64,000 nucleotides of DNA from Mobula hypostoma (taxonomy: Eukaryota): positions 36,148,001 through 36,212,000 of the forward strand of contig NC_086109.1 in the NCBI RefSeq assembly GCF_963921235.1, written 5' to 3'. The notes below the pieces were generated by a model that was given only the letters and a program-made list of their open reading frames with translations, was not told the origin of the DNA and did no database searches. Position numbers and translations under genes: made by a program. Every line of letters starts with the position of its first letter. The stretch's first letter is position 1. Positions 37,101 to 48,357 of this stretch are shown here, one piece after another.

Positions 37101-39965
37101 ACCATCGGCCAGGGCTCTTCACTGGCATTTCTGAAACAGTTGGGACAGATGTTCCGTCAATATGAAATCTTTTATCCATGACTTGACCTTTGACAATGGA
37201 GATGCTTGACAATGGAGATGCTTCTGCACTTGATGGGCTTGATATTCATCCTCGCCCATGTGATGCTTTGATGAAGCTTTTCCTGAAGTCTCTTGGTACA
37301 GGGGACAGTTGTCGTCAGTACTGTTATATCATCCATATAAGCTTGTATCGGTGGTAACCATTAACCAAACTGTAGCCCTTTTACCTCCCACAACCCATTT
37401 TGAGGCTCTGATAATGAGCTCCATTGCCATAGTAAAGGCCAATGGGGAGATGGTGCACCCCACCATCGTGCCTGCTTCCAGTCGTTGCCACGCTGTGGTG
37501 AAGTCTGATGTTGTGAGACAAACTTGCAGATTCTGTAAGTAGTGTTTTACCAGATTTGTTGTTGCAGGCACCTGAAAGAATTCAAAAGCAGTCCACAGTA
37601 GGGAATGAGGAACTGATCCATAGGTGTTGGCCAGGTCGAGGAACAAGACATGCAGATCATTTCTTTCTTTCTTAGCCATCTGGATTTGATGCCATATGAC
37701 TCTGGTATGTTCAAGGCATCCCAAGAAGCCTGCTATGTCAGCCTTTTGGATTAACATATCAATGAAATGGTTTTGTTTCAGATACTTTGTAAGGCTTTGT
37801 GCCAACACATTGAAAAAGATCTTGCCCTCTATATTCAAGAAACTAAAGGAGCAAAAACCTGAACAATCCCTTGACTACTCAAAATTAATTAAAGAAGAAA
37901 ACTTAAGACAAAAATTTACAATTGAAGTAAGGAATAGATTTCAAAGTCTAGAAATAGAATCTGTTGAAGATGATAGCAATCATGTAGAAATGATGCTTAA
38001 CTCTCTAAAGGATGCCTTGGTAGAATCAGCAAAGTCAGTGATTCCTAAAAAAGAAAAAAGCACAAGGAATAAATGGATGACAGATGAAATCAAAAATCTA
38101 ATGGAAGAAAGGAGACAGAAGAAAGCAAATCCTATAGAATATAAGCTCTTAGATAAAAAAGTTAAAAGCTTATGTCAAAAAGCCAAAGAAGAATGAATAA
38201 ACTAGGAATATGAGCAAATAGAAAGAATCCCTATTACTGATCCAAAAAGGTTACATCAACAAATCAAGAATATCACTGGTAAAAAGCTCCTCTGTTCTTC
38301 AGGTGGATGTTTGAAAACAAAGGATGGTACCATTATCATGGAAAAAGATGAAATTATGAACAGATGGACTGAGTATATTCAGGAATTGTTTGAAGACGAT
38401 TGAGGTGAAAAACCAGAAATTAAGAAAAACATTGAAGGTCCAAGTATTTTAAAATCTGAAGTTTGTAATGCAATAAATAAGATGAAAAAAGGAAAGGCAG
38501 CAGATCCTGATGAATTAGTAATAGAACAAATTATCACTCTTGAAGATTATGGAATTGAAAAACTTACTGATTTAATCAATGACATTTATGAGACTGGAAT
38601 AATACCAGAAGAGATGAAAAAAATCAGTATTTATCACTTTTCCTGAGAACCCTGGAGCAATAGAATGTGAATTACACAGGACCATAAGTTTAATGAGTCA
38701 TATCACCAAGATACTTCTGAGAATTTTGATGACAAGAGCTAAAAGTAAGATACAAGCTGAAATAGGTAAAGAACAATGTGGTTTTGTGAAAGACAAAGGT
38801 ACAAGAAAGACAATATTGATGATAAGGATACTATCAGAACGAGCTAATCAAGTACAAAAAGATTTGTTTGTTTGTTTTATCGACTACACAAAAGCATTTG
38901 ATAAAGTGAAGCACAATAAGTTATTTGAAATATTACAGGAAACTCTAGATCTAGATTCAAAAGACCTCCGCCTAATCAGAAATCTGTGCTGGGAGCAAAC
39001 TGCTGCTATAAGAATAGATGGAACAGTGAGTCAGTTTACGAAAATCAGGAGAGGCGTTAGACAAAGGTGTGGTTTCTCCCCTGATTTAATTAATGTGTAC
39101 AATGTAACAATATCAAAAAAAAAAGAGACATCTTGGGAATCAAAGTTGACGGTGAAAACATCAATAATTTTAGATATGCAGATGACACTGTGTTAATTGC
39201 AAGCACGGAGGAAGAACTACAAAACTTAATTGATATAGTTGTCGAAGAAAATGCAAAAATAAGTCTATCTATCAATTTCAAAAAGACAGAATGTATGGTG
39301 ATATCCAAAAAGAAGGAGAATCCTATCTGAAGGCTGAGAATAAATGGGGAAGACAGAAAATAAGAACAGAACTTTTGCTACTTAGGAGGCTGGGTGACAT
39401 CAGATGGCAGGTGCGACATGGACATCAAAAGAATAGGGACGGCGAAAGATACCTTTATGAGAATGAAGAGTATTCTGACCAATACTACACTAGGCATGAC
39501 AACCTGCCTCAGAGTTCTGAAATGTTACATTTATCCAGTTATGTTATATGGCTCAGAATGTTGGACAATATCGAGTAACATGAGGAAACAAATTGAAGCA
39601 GCAGAGATGTGGTTTTTGAGGACGATGCAAAGAATATCATGGATGAAATGAATATCTAAGGAGAAGTCACAAACAGAGCAAACACAAAAAGAGAAATAAT
39701 GTGTGAGATCATGAAAAGGCAACGTAACTTCATTGGACATGTGATTAGGAAAGAGGAGTTAAAATGCACGGTAATTATGGAAAAGATTGAAGGGAAGAAA
39801 ACAAGAGGAAGACAAAGACAAATGATGATGGAGAGAGCAGCCAGAGAACTGGAAATGAATACCAATGAATTGATCCACTTGACCCGAAACAGGAGTGTGT
39901 GGGCCATGGCAGTCAAAGCTCAAACTAGTCACGGTACCTGATGATGATGATGATGATGATGATGA
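34154..39965 (+). mobile_element. Full-length but inactivated RTE-clade LINE (APE plus RT) with a 10-bp TSD
   Basis: APE motifs are ATWNVRTL, IQVYAPT, MGDLNAKVG and WTWKSPG..RNQID. RT motifs are FIDYTKAFDKV and NNFRYADD. The (GAT)n tail spans 39940-39965. The TSD CTGTGAAATA lies at 34144-34153 and 39966-39975. Confidence 0.93.
35421..37836 (-). mobile_element. 5'-truncated Hero/NeSL-type (R2 group) non-LTR retrotransposon with REL endonuclease, nested in the RTE
   Basis: RT motifs are FLDLANTYGSVPH and GCTISPLAF. The zinc knuckle reads CFLC..HIL, and the REL motif reads PD.VLWS...ELTVPWE...K. The RTE frame VKVKLK|KLKEQ rejoins across the insertion, with AAG at both junctions. Confidence 0.88.
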
Positions 39966-40234
39966 CTGTGAAATAAATGAGGATTTCAGGTATGGCAAGG
40001 TTAGTTACTGATTTCTAATAATATTATGACAGGGATTTCTTTTTGTGCATTCTATATCGTCTTTTTAAGCAAACAAATAATATGTCATGGTTTTAGCTTT
40101 CTCATTGGAATGTTCTGTTGAAGATAAGTAAACCTGCTTGTGAGATCATAACCATTAATGAAATTCCATCAGATTTAACACATGTACTGGAAATTAAATA
40201 GTTTCAAAGAATGGTTCTATCATTACCATTAGAC

Positions 40235-41500
40235 TATAAGACTACAAGACAGAGGAGCAGAATTAGTCCGGTCATTCCATCGGGTTCATTCCATCATTTG
40301 ACCATGGCTGATTTAATTTCCCTCTCAACCCCATTCTTCCATCTTCTTCAAGTAATCTTTGACACCCTTAATAATCCAGAACCAGTCATCCTCCACTTTA
40401 GATATAGCCAATGACTTGGCATCTGCGGCTATTTGTGGTAATAAATTCCACAGGATCACCACCTTCTGGCTAAGGAAATTCCTCCTCACCTCTCTTCTAA
40501 AGGTAAGTCTTTGTATTCTAAGGCTGAGTCATCTGGTCTCACTATTGAAGCAGGTAAGGGTGGCAGGATGAAGTGACCATGGTCGACAAGAGATACAGAA
40601 CATCTAATCAAGAGGAAGAAAGATGTCTACTTAAGGTTTAGGCTGCAAGGATCCTACAGGGCTGAAAAATAGTCAGAGTGGAGCATAACAATGGAGCTAG
40701 GAGAACTAACAGGGGACAAGAGAAAGACTAGGCGAGTAGGATTAACCAAAACCCAAACGCATTCTATATGTGAAGAACAGGAGGATAACTAGAGTGAGGG
40801 TAGGACAAATCAGGGATATAGCTGGAGGCAGAAGAGGTAGAGGAGGTCATTAATGAAGACTTTGTTTCAGTATTCACCAGTGAGAGGGACCTTAACAAAG
40901 GTGAGGTCAGCATAGAATGGGTTAATATGCTAAAGCATGTCGACATTAAGAAAGAGAATGTGCTGGAACTTATGAAAAACATGAAGATAGATAAATCCAT
41001 GGGACTGTCTGGATTATCCTGAAACTTTATCCCTAATAATGGACTCTAACATCTTGCCAATCACTGAAGTCAGGCAAAATGGACTGCAATTTCTTGTATT
41101 CTGCCTCCCTTGCTTCTTAAGTAGTGAAATAACATTTATAATTTTCCAGTCATCTGTAACAGGCCCAAATTCTAGTGATTCTTGAAAGATCACCACTAAC
41201 GTGTTCATATTCTCTTCAGCTTCCTCTTTGAGAACCCTGGGATGTAGTCTACCTGGCCCAGGCACATTATCTATTTTCAGACGTTTCATCTTAAACACAT
41301 TCTCCTTAGTAATAGAGACTACACTCACTCCTGGCCCCTCACACTCAAAATTCTGGCATGCTGCTGGAGTTTAACACAGTAAAGGCTGATACAATATACT
41401 TATTCAGTTCATCTGTCATTTCTTTGTTCACTATTACTTCTCTCCTGCATCATTTTCCAGCAGTGCAATATTCACTTTTACCCCTCTTTTACTCTTTATG
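40235..41500. mobile_element. Cluster of CR1 fragments in both orientations
   Basis: There is a minus 3'UTR at 40235-40545, a plus ORF2 piece at 40545-41010, and a minus piece with PGPGRLHPRVLKE...DDWKIINV at 41014..41328. Confidence 0.75.
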
Positions 41501-42775
41501 CAGTACTGTGCAAACATCTTAGGCAGCCTAGATTTTTATATGGTTTCAGATTCAAAATTCAAAGTATATTCAAACTGTGTAGAAATTATATAATCTTCAG
41601 ATTCATCTGCTTACAGGCAGCCACAAAGAAAGAAACCTGAAAGAAACCAATTATAAAAAAGACCAACACCCAATGCGCAGAGAAGGAGGGGAAAAGTCAA
41701 GCAAATAATAGAAGCAAGCAACAAACTTCTGAACCAGTTTGAGTCCATAGACTCTAAACTTGGAGCAGCCTTGTCTTAGTTTATCATATAGCGGGATAAA
41801 TCACATGAAGCTCGCAAATTCAAAGCACGTAGTAGCTGGAGCAGTGTCACAACCTCAGCGCCACAGAGAGAGGAGTGGACATCGTAGAAGAGTGAGTAGA
41901 CTCGCCCAACCCTTACCTCCGGTCTTGACACCTTGCCTTTCCGGTCTATATGGTCTGGCATTCAAATCATCTAAACTCCGGATTATAACATGCACGAGGA
42001 CCTGGGCCTTGCCATAGCCATACACTCTGGGCCTAGGCCTTGCCCCCCACAGCCCAAAGCCATTCTCGACCTTTTCAAATCGGCTCGAGCTTACAGCAAT
42101 CAAACCTCACCCCCAGTTTAGGTGGATGGGCACCAAAACTCATCCGCCTCGACTCCTCTCCAGGTTGCTCACTCAAACTCCATCCCTGACACCATCTTGA
42201 GCATGTTGCATTACATGACTTTGTGATGCACTAGCACAGCTCATTCCTCCAGTCAGCTTCGCCTTTGCTCTTCATTGTTTACAGTTATAGTTAATCACAA
42301 TTTAACTCAGATAAGGTGTTATTAATAATGATTTTAGTTGTATTTTTTGTCTTTTTAATTACCAGTAATCTATTACCTGACTTCAGTGGCACTATCTTAA
42401 ACCGGAAAACTGTGATATGGCTTCCACAGAAACCTGATCTCAACATCATTGAGGCTCTCAGGGATTTCCTGGAGAGGCAGAAGCAAATGAGACAGCCAAG
42501 ATCTGCTGAAGAACTATGGCAAGTTCTCTCAGCTGCTTGGAACAACCTACCAGCCGGTTTTCTTATAAAACTACATAACACTGTACCTAAGAGAATTGAT
42601 GCAGTTTTAAAGACAAAGTGTGGTCACTCCAGTTATTGATATGATTTATATTTTTACTGTTAACTGCTCATTATAGTGCTTTTTTATATTTAGAAAATTT
42701 CAGTCATTATTTTTGAAAGCCTCTTCTCTTTACAGAATATTTTTTACTTGTGCCTAAGACTTTTGCACTGCATTG
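41501..42775 (+). mobile_element. Internally deleted Tc1-like DNA transposon
   Basis: The TIRs are cagtactgtgcaaacatcttaggca (41501) and tgcctaagacttttgcactgcattg (ending 42775). The transposase C-terminus reads WLPQKPDLNIIE...AWNNLP...PKRIDAVLKTKCGHSSY. Confidence 0.85.
41545..42400 (-). mobile_element. Probable non-autonomous LINE-derived element inserted in the Tc1
   Basis: It is non-coding, with a (ttgaat)-like tail at ~41545-41560 and an aagatagtgcc 5' start on the minus strand near 42398. Confidence 0.45.
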
Positions 42776-43131
42776 CATAGCTGAAACAAAAGCTGGTATC
42801 CTATATTTTTATTATTGGCTCATGGTAGCCCTTATCATTAACCACTTGTAGCCTTGTTGAAGATGCCTGTACTTGCCTCTTTTGGTCCCTTACATTCTAT
42901 CGTACTGCTGAAGCCAGGTTTGGTTCTACAAACGGAAGTTCCTTCCGCAGAATGTGCAACAAGTTCTCTAATGGTTATGCTTTTTAAAGAAATCAATAGT
43001 GGGAGAGAGGAACTGCACTTTAATAAATTTATATTGGGCAAAGACTAATAAATCTCTCCTGAGACAATACCTGAAAGCTTAAATGTGGAACTTAGGGATA
43101 CAATGAAAGTTTAAGATCAATATTGTAACAG

Positions 43132-43935
43132 CAACATACATCAAAGTTGCTGGTGAACGCAGCAGGCCAAGCAGCATCTATAGGAAGAGGCGCAGTCAAC
43201 GTTTCAGGCCGAGACCCTTCGTCAGGACTAACTGAAGGAAGAGTGAGTAAGGGATTTGAAAGCTGGAGGGGGAGGGGGAGATGCAAAATGATAGGAGAAG
43301 ACAGGAGGGGGAGGGATAGAGCCGAGAGCTGGACAGGTGATAGGCAAAAGGGGATACGAGAGGATCATGGGACAGGAGGCCTAGGGAGAAAGACGGGGGG
43401 GGGGTGACCCAGAGGATGGGCAAGAGGTATATTCAGAGGGACAGAGGGAGAAAAAGGAGAGTGAGAGAAAGAATGTGTGCATAAAAAGGAGTAACAGCTG
43501 GGGTACGAGGGGGAGGTGGGGCCTAGCGGAAGTTAGAGAAGTCAATGTTCCAATGTTCATGCCATCAAGTTAGAGGCTACCCAGACGGAATATAAGGTGT
43601 TGTTCCTCCAACCTGAGTGTGGCTTCATCTTTACAGTAGAGGAGGCCGTGGATAGACATGTCAGAATGGGAATGGGATGTGGAATTAAAATGTGTGGCCA
43701 CTGGGAGATCCTGCTTTCTCTGGCGGACAGAGCGTAGATGTTCAGCAAAGCGGTCTCCCAGTCTGCGTCGGGTCTCACCAATATATAAAAGGCCACATCG
43801 GGAGCACCGGACGCAGTATATCACCCCAGTCGACTCACAGGTGAAGTGATGCCTCACCTGGAAGGACTGTTTGGGGCCCTGAATGGTGGTAAGGGAGGAA
43901 GTGTAAGGGCATGTGTAGCACTTGTTCTGCTTACA
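43132..43935 (-). mobile_element. Penelope-like retroelement 3' portion with GIY-YIG endonuclease and pLTR
   Basis: ORF 43570..43857 reads FTCESTGVIYCVRCSRCGLLYIGETRRRLGDRFAEH...HFN...H. It is followed by a pyrimidine-rich 3' region and a terminal hammerhead motif. Confidence 0.93.
43194..43229 (-). ncRNA. Minimal type I hammerhead ribozyme motif of the Penelope pLTR
   Basis: The minus strand reads AGUC-CUGACGA-AGG-GUCUCGG-CCU-GAAA-CGUU-GACU. This gives core CUGANGA and GAAA boxes, stem I AGUC/GACU, stem II AGG/CCU and the NUH triplet GUU. Confidence 0.8.
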
Positions 43936-44240
43936 CGGAAACAGTTACTTTCCCCAAGCAGTAAGGCTGACCAGCACCCCCACCTACTAATCCACCCCTC
44001 CACATCCCCCAATACAACTACGTCATCATTTCCTGTCAGAGTCACCTTGTGCATAGACCCGCCGTACATACAGTCACTGTACATACAGTCTATATACATA
44101 AGCTATGTTCTGTATGTATATTTATTGTGTTTTATTATTATTGTATTCTTTATCTTATTGTGCTTTTATACGCTACATCAGATCTAGAGTAACTGTTATT
44201 TTGTTCTCCTTTACACCTATATACTTGAAATGAATCTGAA
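43936..44240 (+). mobile_element. Rex1-type LINE 3' end
   Basis: It begins aaacagttactttccccaagcagtaaggctg, and its 3'UTR resembles 30820-30960 and 31890-32050. Confidence 0.7.
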
Positions 44241-45644
44241 ATAGCCAGTGCCATGATAGGATAGTAAATCAGCTGTGCACAATTCTTGAAAATATGTATA
44301 ATCCACTTGAATACTTGAATATGGTGCACATATTGCAGGAATTCCTCATATCACATCAAACCGGTACATGGTATTCATTGTCTTTCCAGTGATCAGTTTC
44401 TAGAATGGTCCACCTTATTTAAATAAACAGTATTTTTTAATATGTGTTTTGCTTCAAGTTCATTATTAGTAGCATTATCATTAAAATACTTACAGGGCTT
44501 ATGAGAATAATGTCTACTATCCACATATGGTTCTTGCTAGTACAGGTTCAATTAAATCTGTGTGAAATGGGAGCCTAGGGCGAATATTTTTTCAGTGTTA
44601 GAGAAGAAATATTCTTATCTTTTTATTCCTTTTTGTTGTTACAGAAATATGCTGAACTATTAATGATTTTAGTTTTCCAATTAGATGACTTTGATCTAGA
44701 AAATGTAATTAGTGTTAACAGCAGAAACATGGTAATTCGAGATATGTCCAAGAAAATGGTTCATTTCATATGAAATAATGACAAAAATATCAATGCCAGT
44801 CTGAAGAGCAACGATCTATAAGTAAACAGGTTAAACCTTCCTGGGTTTAACTGCCTGACGTGCCTGTTCACACATGGTCAATGGATCTGGAAGGCCAAAG
44901 TCATTGATACTGATCCTTTGGAGCGGGGAAGGTGAGTCCAAGTCCTCTGCACTGTCCTGACTTAAACAGAGTAATATATAAGCTTTTTTTCATTGATCAA
45001 AGCCATGTATTAATCTATGCTTTGCAACAAAGCTCATTTTTGCTGATTTCCAATTTAGATAACATTCATATATTAAAAATTGCAAATAGGGAAACAAAGC
45101 ACAAAACAACGTAATACAAAAAAAGTTCAGTAAAACACATTAAAACACTAAGAAATAATTCAAAAACTAAACTAAAGTAAAATAATTTCAAATAATCCTT
45201 CTATATTACTCTATAATTTAAGACAACAAGGATCCCCATTCAAATGAGTGAGATCTCTGATCCTAAGCCACATCTAACCAAGAGTAGGATTCCACGGATT
45301 ATTCCCTAACATAATGCTGGAAAAAAGTAATAGTTCAGCTATAGTGTCACTTTTCACTTAGCAAATCTTCTAAGTGATGCAGGTTCATGGAAGTGATTGC
45401 CTTTGGCATGGCTAAATGCCTTTATGGTCTGTCTGTGTCTATATTTTTGCACAGAATTGAATGCATTATTGGCCTATTTCACTTGAACAATTTTGTCTAT
45501 CACTTATTTTATTTGACTCTGTGTTAAGCTTTTGATCTTATATTTTTGCCATTCAAAGGATAACTTCTACGCTACTGGCCATACTTGAACAAATCTTCTG
45601 CTTCATTTCTCAGACATCTTTTTGAGTTTTCAAATTTATCAGAT

Positions 45645-46373
45645 CATAAGACCATAAGATATGAGAGTAGATTTGGGCCATTGGGCCATCAAGCCTCTTC
45701 CCTATTCAATCATGTCCCTTTTTTTACCCTATTCCTCTGCCTGCTCCCCATAATGTTTGACATTCTTACTAATCAAGAATCTGTCAACAACTGTTTTAAG
45801 TATACTCATTCACTTTTCCTCCACAGCTGCCTTTATCAATGAATTCTGCAGATTCATCCTGTTGGTGAAAGAAATTCTTCCTCACCTCTCTTCTAATGTG
45901 ACATCCTTCTGTTCTGAGGCTGTATGCTCTAATGCTAGACTCTCCCACTGTTGGAAATATACTCTCCACATCTATTCTGTCTAGGCTTTACAATATTTAG
46001 TAGGATTTAATGAGATCTTCCCCAAGTTCTTCTAAAATTCAACAAGTATAGACTCAGGGCCATCAAACACTCCTCATACAATAACCCTTTCATTCCCAGG
46101 GTCATTCTCCTGAATCTTTTCTGGACCTCCCCAATGCCAGCACATACTCCAAACATGGCCTTACAAAGCCTCAGCCTTACATCTTTGCTTTTGTATTGAT
46201 GTCCTCTTGAAATAAATGCTAACATTGATTTGCCTTCCTCTCTTCCGACTCAACCTGGAAGTCACCCTTTATGGACTCCTGCATTATATCTCACAAATCC
46301 CTTTGCTCTTCAATTTCAGAATTTGTTCCCCATTTTGAAAATAGTCTTTGCCTTTATTTTTTCTATTAAAGTA
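45645..46373 (-). mobile_element. CR1 3' fragment; left flank of the BEL insertion
   Basis: It encodes MLAFISRGHQYKSKDV and resumes at 54731 (aagtgcatgacc). Confidence 0.8.
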
Positions 46374-47535
46374 TGTAACCGTCTCAAAGACGTGTTTCAT
46401 TGAGGTGTTAATTTTATATGTTTTTGTCATAAATTCATGAGTTTTTAAATCTTAAAATAATGGTTGATTAAAAATTTTGTGCTTTTTATGTAAGGTTTTA
46501 TTTAATTTGGAGTGTAATGTGTCACATGACCGGAGTTTAATAAAAGCATGACTGTGGCGTTGTTGTAGCATGGATGAAATCACCGGAGAGACAGAGTCAC
46601 TGGTAGAAAAAAAGCAGCTTCTTTATTCGACACAACAAGGTACAGCAGGCATCTACGGATGGAGACGCTTTCGGTAGAAAGGTCTGCTGGCCCAATGTGG
46701 GCTCGATATTTATATGCTAATCACAAAGGCAATCTCGCTACTTAAAAAGTTATAGACAATGCATAGACAATGCTTCCTTTTGAAGCTACATACAGAACAT
46801 CACACCTCCTAACTTCATTCTTTCCTTCCGACGCCAACATGTTTGGGTTGGTATCCACAGTCTTTCGGAATCCAAGTTAAATCCTCAATACATTTATTTG
46901 GCATTTTATGTGCTAAAATAGAAGACAATTAATATTTATAAAGTACAGCATCAGGTCAAACTACAGCATCTGGTCAAACTAATGTGCCAGAAGCATCTGG
47001 TATTCACACCTTTTTAGGAAGTACGTTGTTGTGGACTCAATCCACAGTACTTTGTCAAATAGAAATCTGGTGGCCAAAGTCATTTAAGTGTAAACATATC
47101 ATCTACCCAAAAAAACTCACTCTAACAGCATTATGGGTCAGATCAACATGGAAGCAGGGAAAGACATATGTCCCTAAAATAACCTTATTCTGCATGTGGT
47201 CCAAGAGAGGCACACAATAACTGTTTTTATTTGTTTTATATTGTGTATAATGTTGTTATGTGCCTTTACATGGACGGTGTTATACGTTTTTAGTGATTTT
47301 ATTTGATTTCAGCACACTTCTGTTGTGCTGACGTGTTTTGGGCCTGTTTATCAGTGGACACTAGCTTGAGAGACTTTAGAAGACTGAGAGATGTATGTTT
47401 CAAACCTTTTATGTCTTTTATTTTCTTGTAGTTTTCAAGGTGTCCTCTGAAGAAAGAGGGGGAGAGATAAAAATAAATCTTCAAGGACATCTGTATGATG
47501 CGTGGCCATTATTTCATTGAACCGGTGTAGTTACA
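46374..47535 (+). repeat. 5' LTR of the BEL element (contains a solo-LTR insertion)
   Basis: It is a direct repeat of 54146-54730 once 46561-47127 is removed. Confidence 0.92.
46561..47127 (-). mobile_element. Solo LTR (Gypsy or ERV type) inserted in the BEL 5' LTR
   Basis: It has TGTT...AACA termini and a 4-bp TSD GCGT/GCAT, and it is absent from the 3' LTR. AATAAA (tttatt ~46622) and a TATA-like motif (~46710) lie on the minus strand. Confidence 0.8.
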
Positions 47536-47592
47536 ATGAAAACGTGCAGCCAACATGGCCGAGAGTTCAAAGAAAGAAGTGCCGCGTGTCCG

Positions 47593-48357
47593 GGAAGAAG
47601 AGATCACTGGGGCAGCGTGTGGCTGGAGAAGTCGTTGAGGAGGAAGCATGATCACTGGAGCAGCGTGTGGCTGGAGAAGTCGTTGAGGAGGAAGCATGAT
47701 CACTGGGGCAGCGTGTAGCTGGAGAAGTCATTGAGGAGGAAGCATGATCACTGGAGCAGCGTGTGGCTGGAGAAGTCGTTGAGGAGGAAGCATGGTCACT
47801 GGGGCGGCGTGTGGCTGGAGAAGTCATTGAGGAGGAAGCATGATCACTGGAGCAGCGTGTGGCTGGAGAAGTCGTTGAGGAGGAAGCATGATCACTGGAG
47901 CAGCGTGTGGCTGGAGAAGTCATTGAGGAGGAAGCATGATCACTGGAGCAGCGTGTGGCTGGAGAAGTCGTTGAGGAGGAAGCATGATCACTGGAGCAGC
48001 GTGTGGCTGGAGAAGTCGTTGAGGAGGAAGCATGATCACTGGAGCAGCGTGTGGCTGGAGAAGTCGTTGAGGAGGAAGCATGATCACTGGAGCAGCGTGT
48101 GGCTGGAGAAGTCGTTGAGGAGGAAGCATGATCACTGGGGCGGCGTGTGGCTGGAGAAGTCGTTGAGGAGGAAGCATGATCACTGGGGCAGCGTGTAGCT
48201 GGAGAAGTCATTGAGGAGGAAGCATGATCACTGGAGCAGCGTGTGGCTGGAGAAGTTGTTGAGGAGGAAGCATGGTCACTGGGGCGGCGTGTGGCTGGAG
48301 AAGTCGTTGAGGAGGAAGCATGATCACTGGGGCGGCGTGTGGCTGGAGAAGTCGTTG
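47593..48357. repeat. Minisatellite, 16 copies of a 48-bp unit
   Basis: The unit is GGAAGCATGATCACTGGAGCAGCGTGTGGCTGGAGAAGTCGTTGAGGA. The core g(a/g)tcactgg recurs every 48 bp from 47602 to 48322. Confidence 0.97.

Noticed and set aside
47593..48357. CRISPR array, or a real repeat protein (ORFs 47567..48451 and 47731..48198)
   Set aside because: The units are contiguous with no unique spacers, there are no cas genes, and the context is eukaryotic. The ORFs are by-products of a 48-bp unit, and the plus frame has TAG stops.
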